From positions 1 through 51,108 of the forward strand of contig NW_021834292.1 of assembly GCF_006345805.1 (NCBI RefSeq): DNA of 51,108 nt. Direction: 5' to 3'. This DNA is from Octopus sinensis. Taxonomy: Eukaryota. The notes under the pieces were generated by a model, which did no database searches, was not told the origin of the DNA, and worked only from the letters and a program-made list of their open reading frames with translations. A program made the position numbers and the translations under genes. Numbering within the stretch: position 1 is the first letter of the stretch; every line of letters starts with the position of its first letter. Shown here piece after piece: positions 50,924-51,108 of the stretch.

Positions 50924-51108
50924 AAAGCGGCGAGCTGGCAGGAACGTTAGCACGCCGGGTGAAATGTGTAGCCGTATTTCGTCTGCCCTTGTGGGTAGTA
51001 AAGAAATAGGTATTTTGTCTGCCGCTACGTTCTGAGTTCAAATTCTGCCGCGGTCGACTATGCCTTTCATGTTTTCAGGGTCGATAAATTAAGTACTAGT
51101 TACGCACT
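50924..51108 (+). mobile_element. SINE family A with a 21-bp nested tail insertion; runs off the window
   Basis: Head aaagcggcgagctggcag. cgtatttcgtctgcc (50973-50987) and ggtattttgtctgcc (51009-51023) flank cttgtgggtagtaaagaaata. Confidence 0.85.

Overview
Eukaryotic, AT-rich, extremely microsatellite-dense genomic DNA. The SINE and LINE types and the (TA)n/(AAT)n/(TAGA)n load point to a cephalopod, most likely Octopus (inference, not database-checked). There is one host gene: the last two coding exons of a BarH/BARHL homeobox gene on the + strand (10136-10355 and 11628-11916, joined by a GT-AG intron inside codon 53 of the homeodomain). Its first coding exon could not be found. The rest is a gene desert filled with tRNA-derived SINEs of at least three families, Dong/R4-clade LINEs sitting in (TAA)n tracts, RTE, Tx1-like and CRE-like LINE fragments, a D,D34D mariner with TIRs and TA duplication, and hAT/Charlie-like ends. 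Almost all ORFs in the supplied track are microsatellite artefacts. Best leads: (1) hammerhead ribozyme motifs of the Penelope-associated, palindromic-stem-III type at 3694-3786 (+, canonical core, inside a fold-back whose antisense arm lacks the 5' half of the core), 3084-3121 (-) and 13664-13698 (-, decayed); (2) a SINE subfamily whose 3' end is followed by GGTAT in all five junctions seen and which repeatedly lands inside the heads of other SINEs; (3) an uninterrupted, GC-rich CRE-like endonuclease fragment. All alignments and folds were done by eye, and family names come from recall of published consensus motifs.
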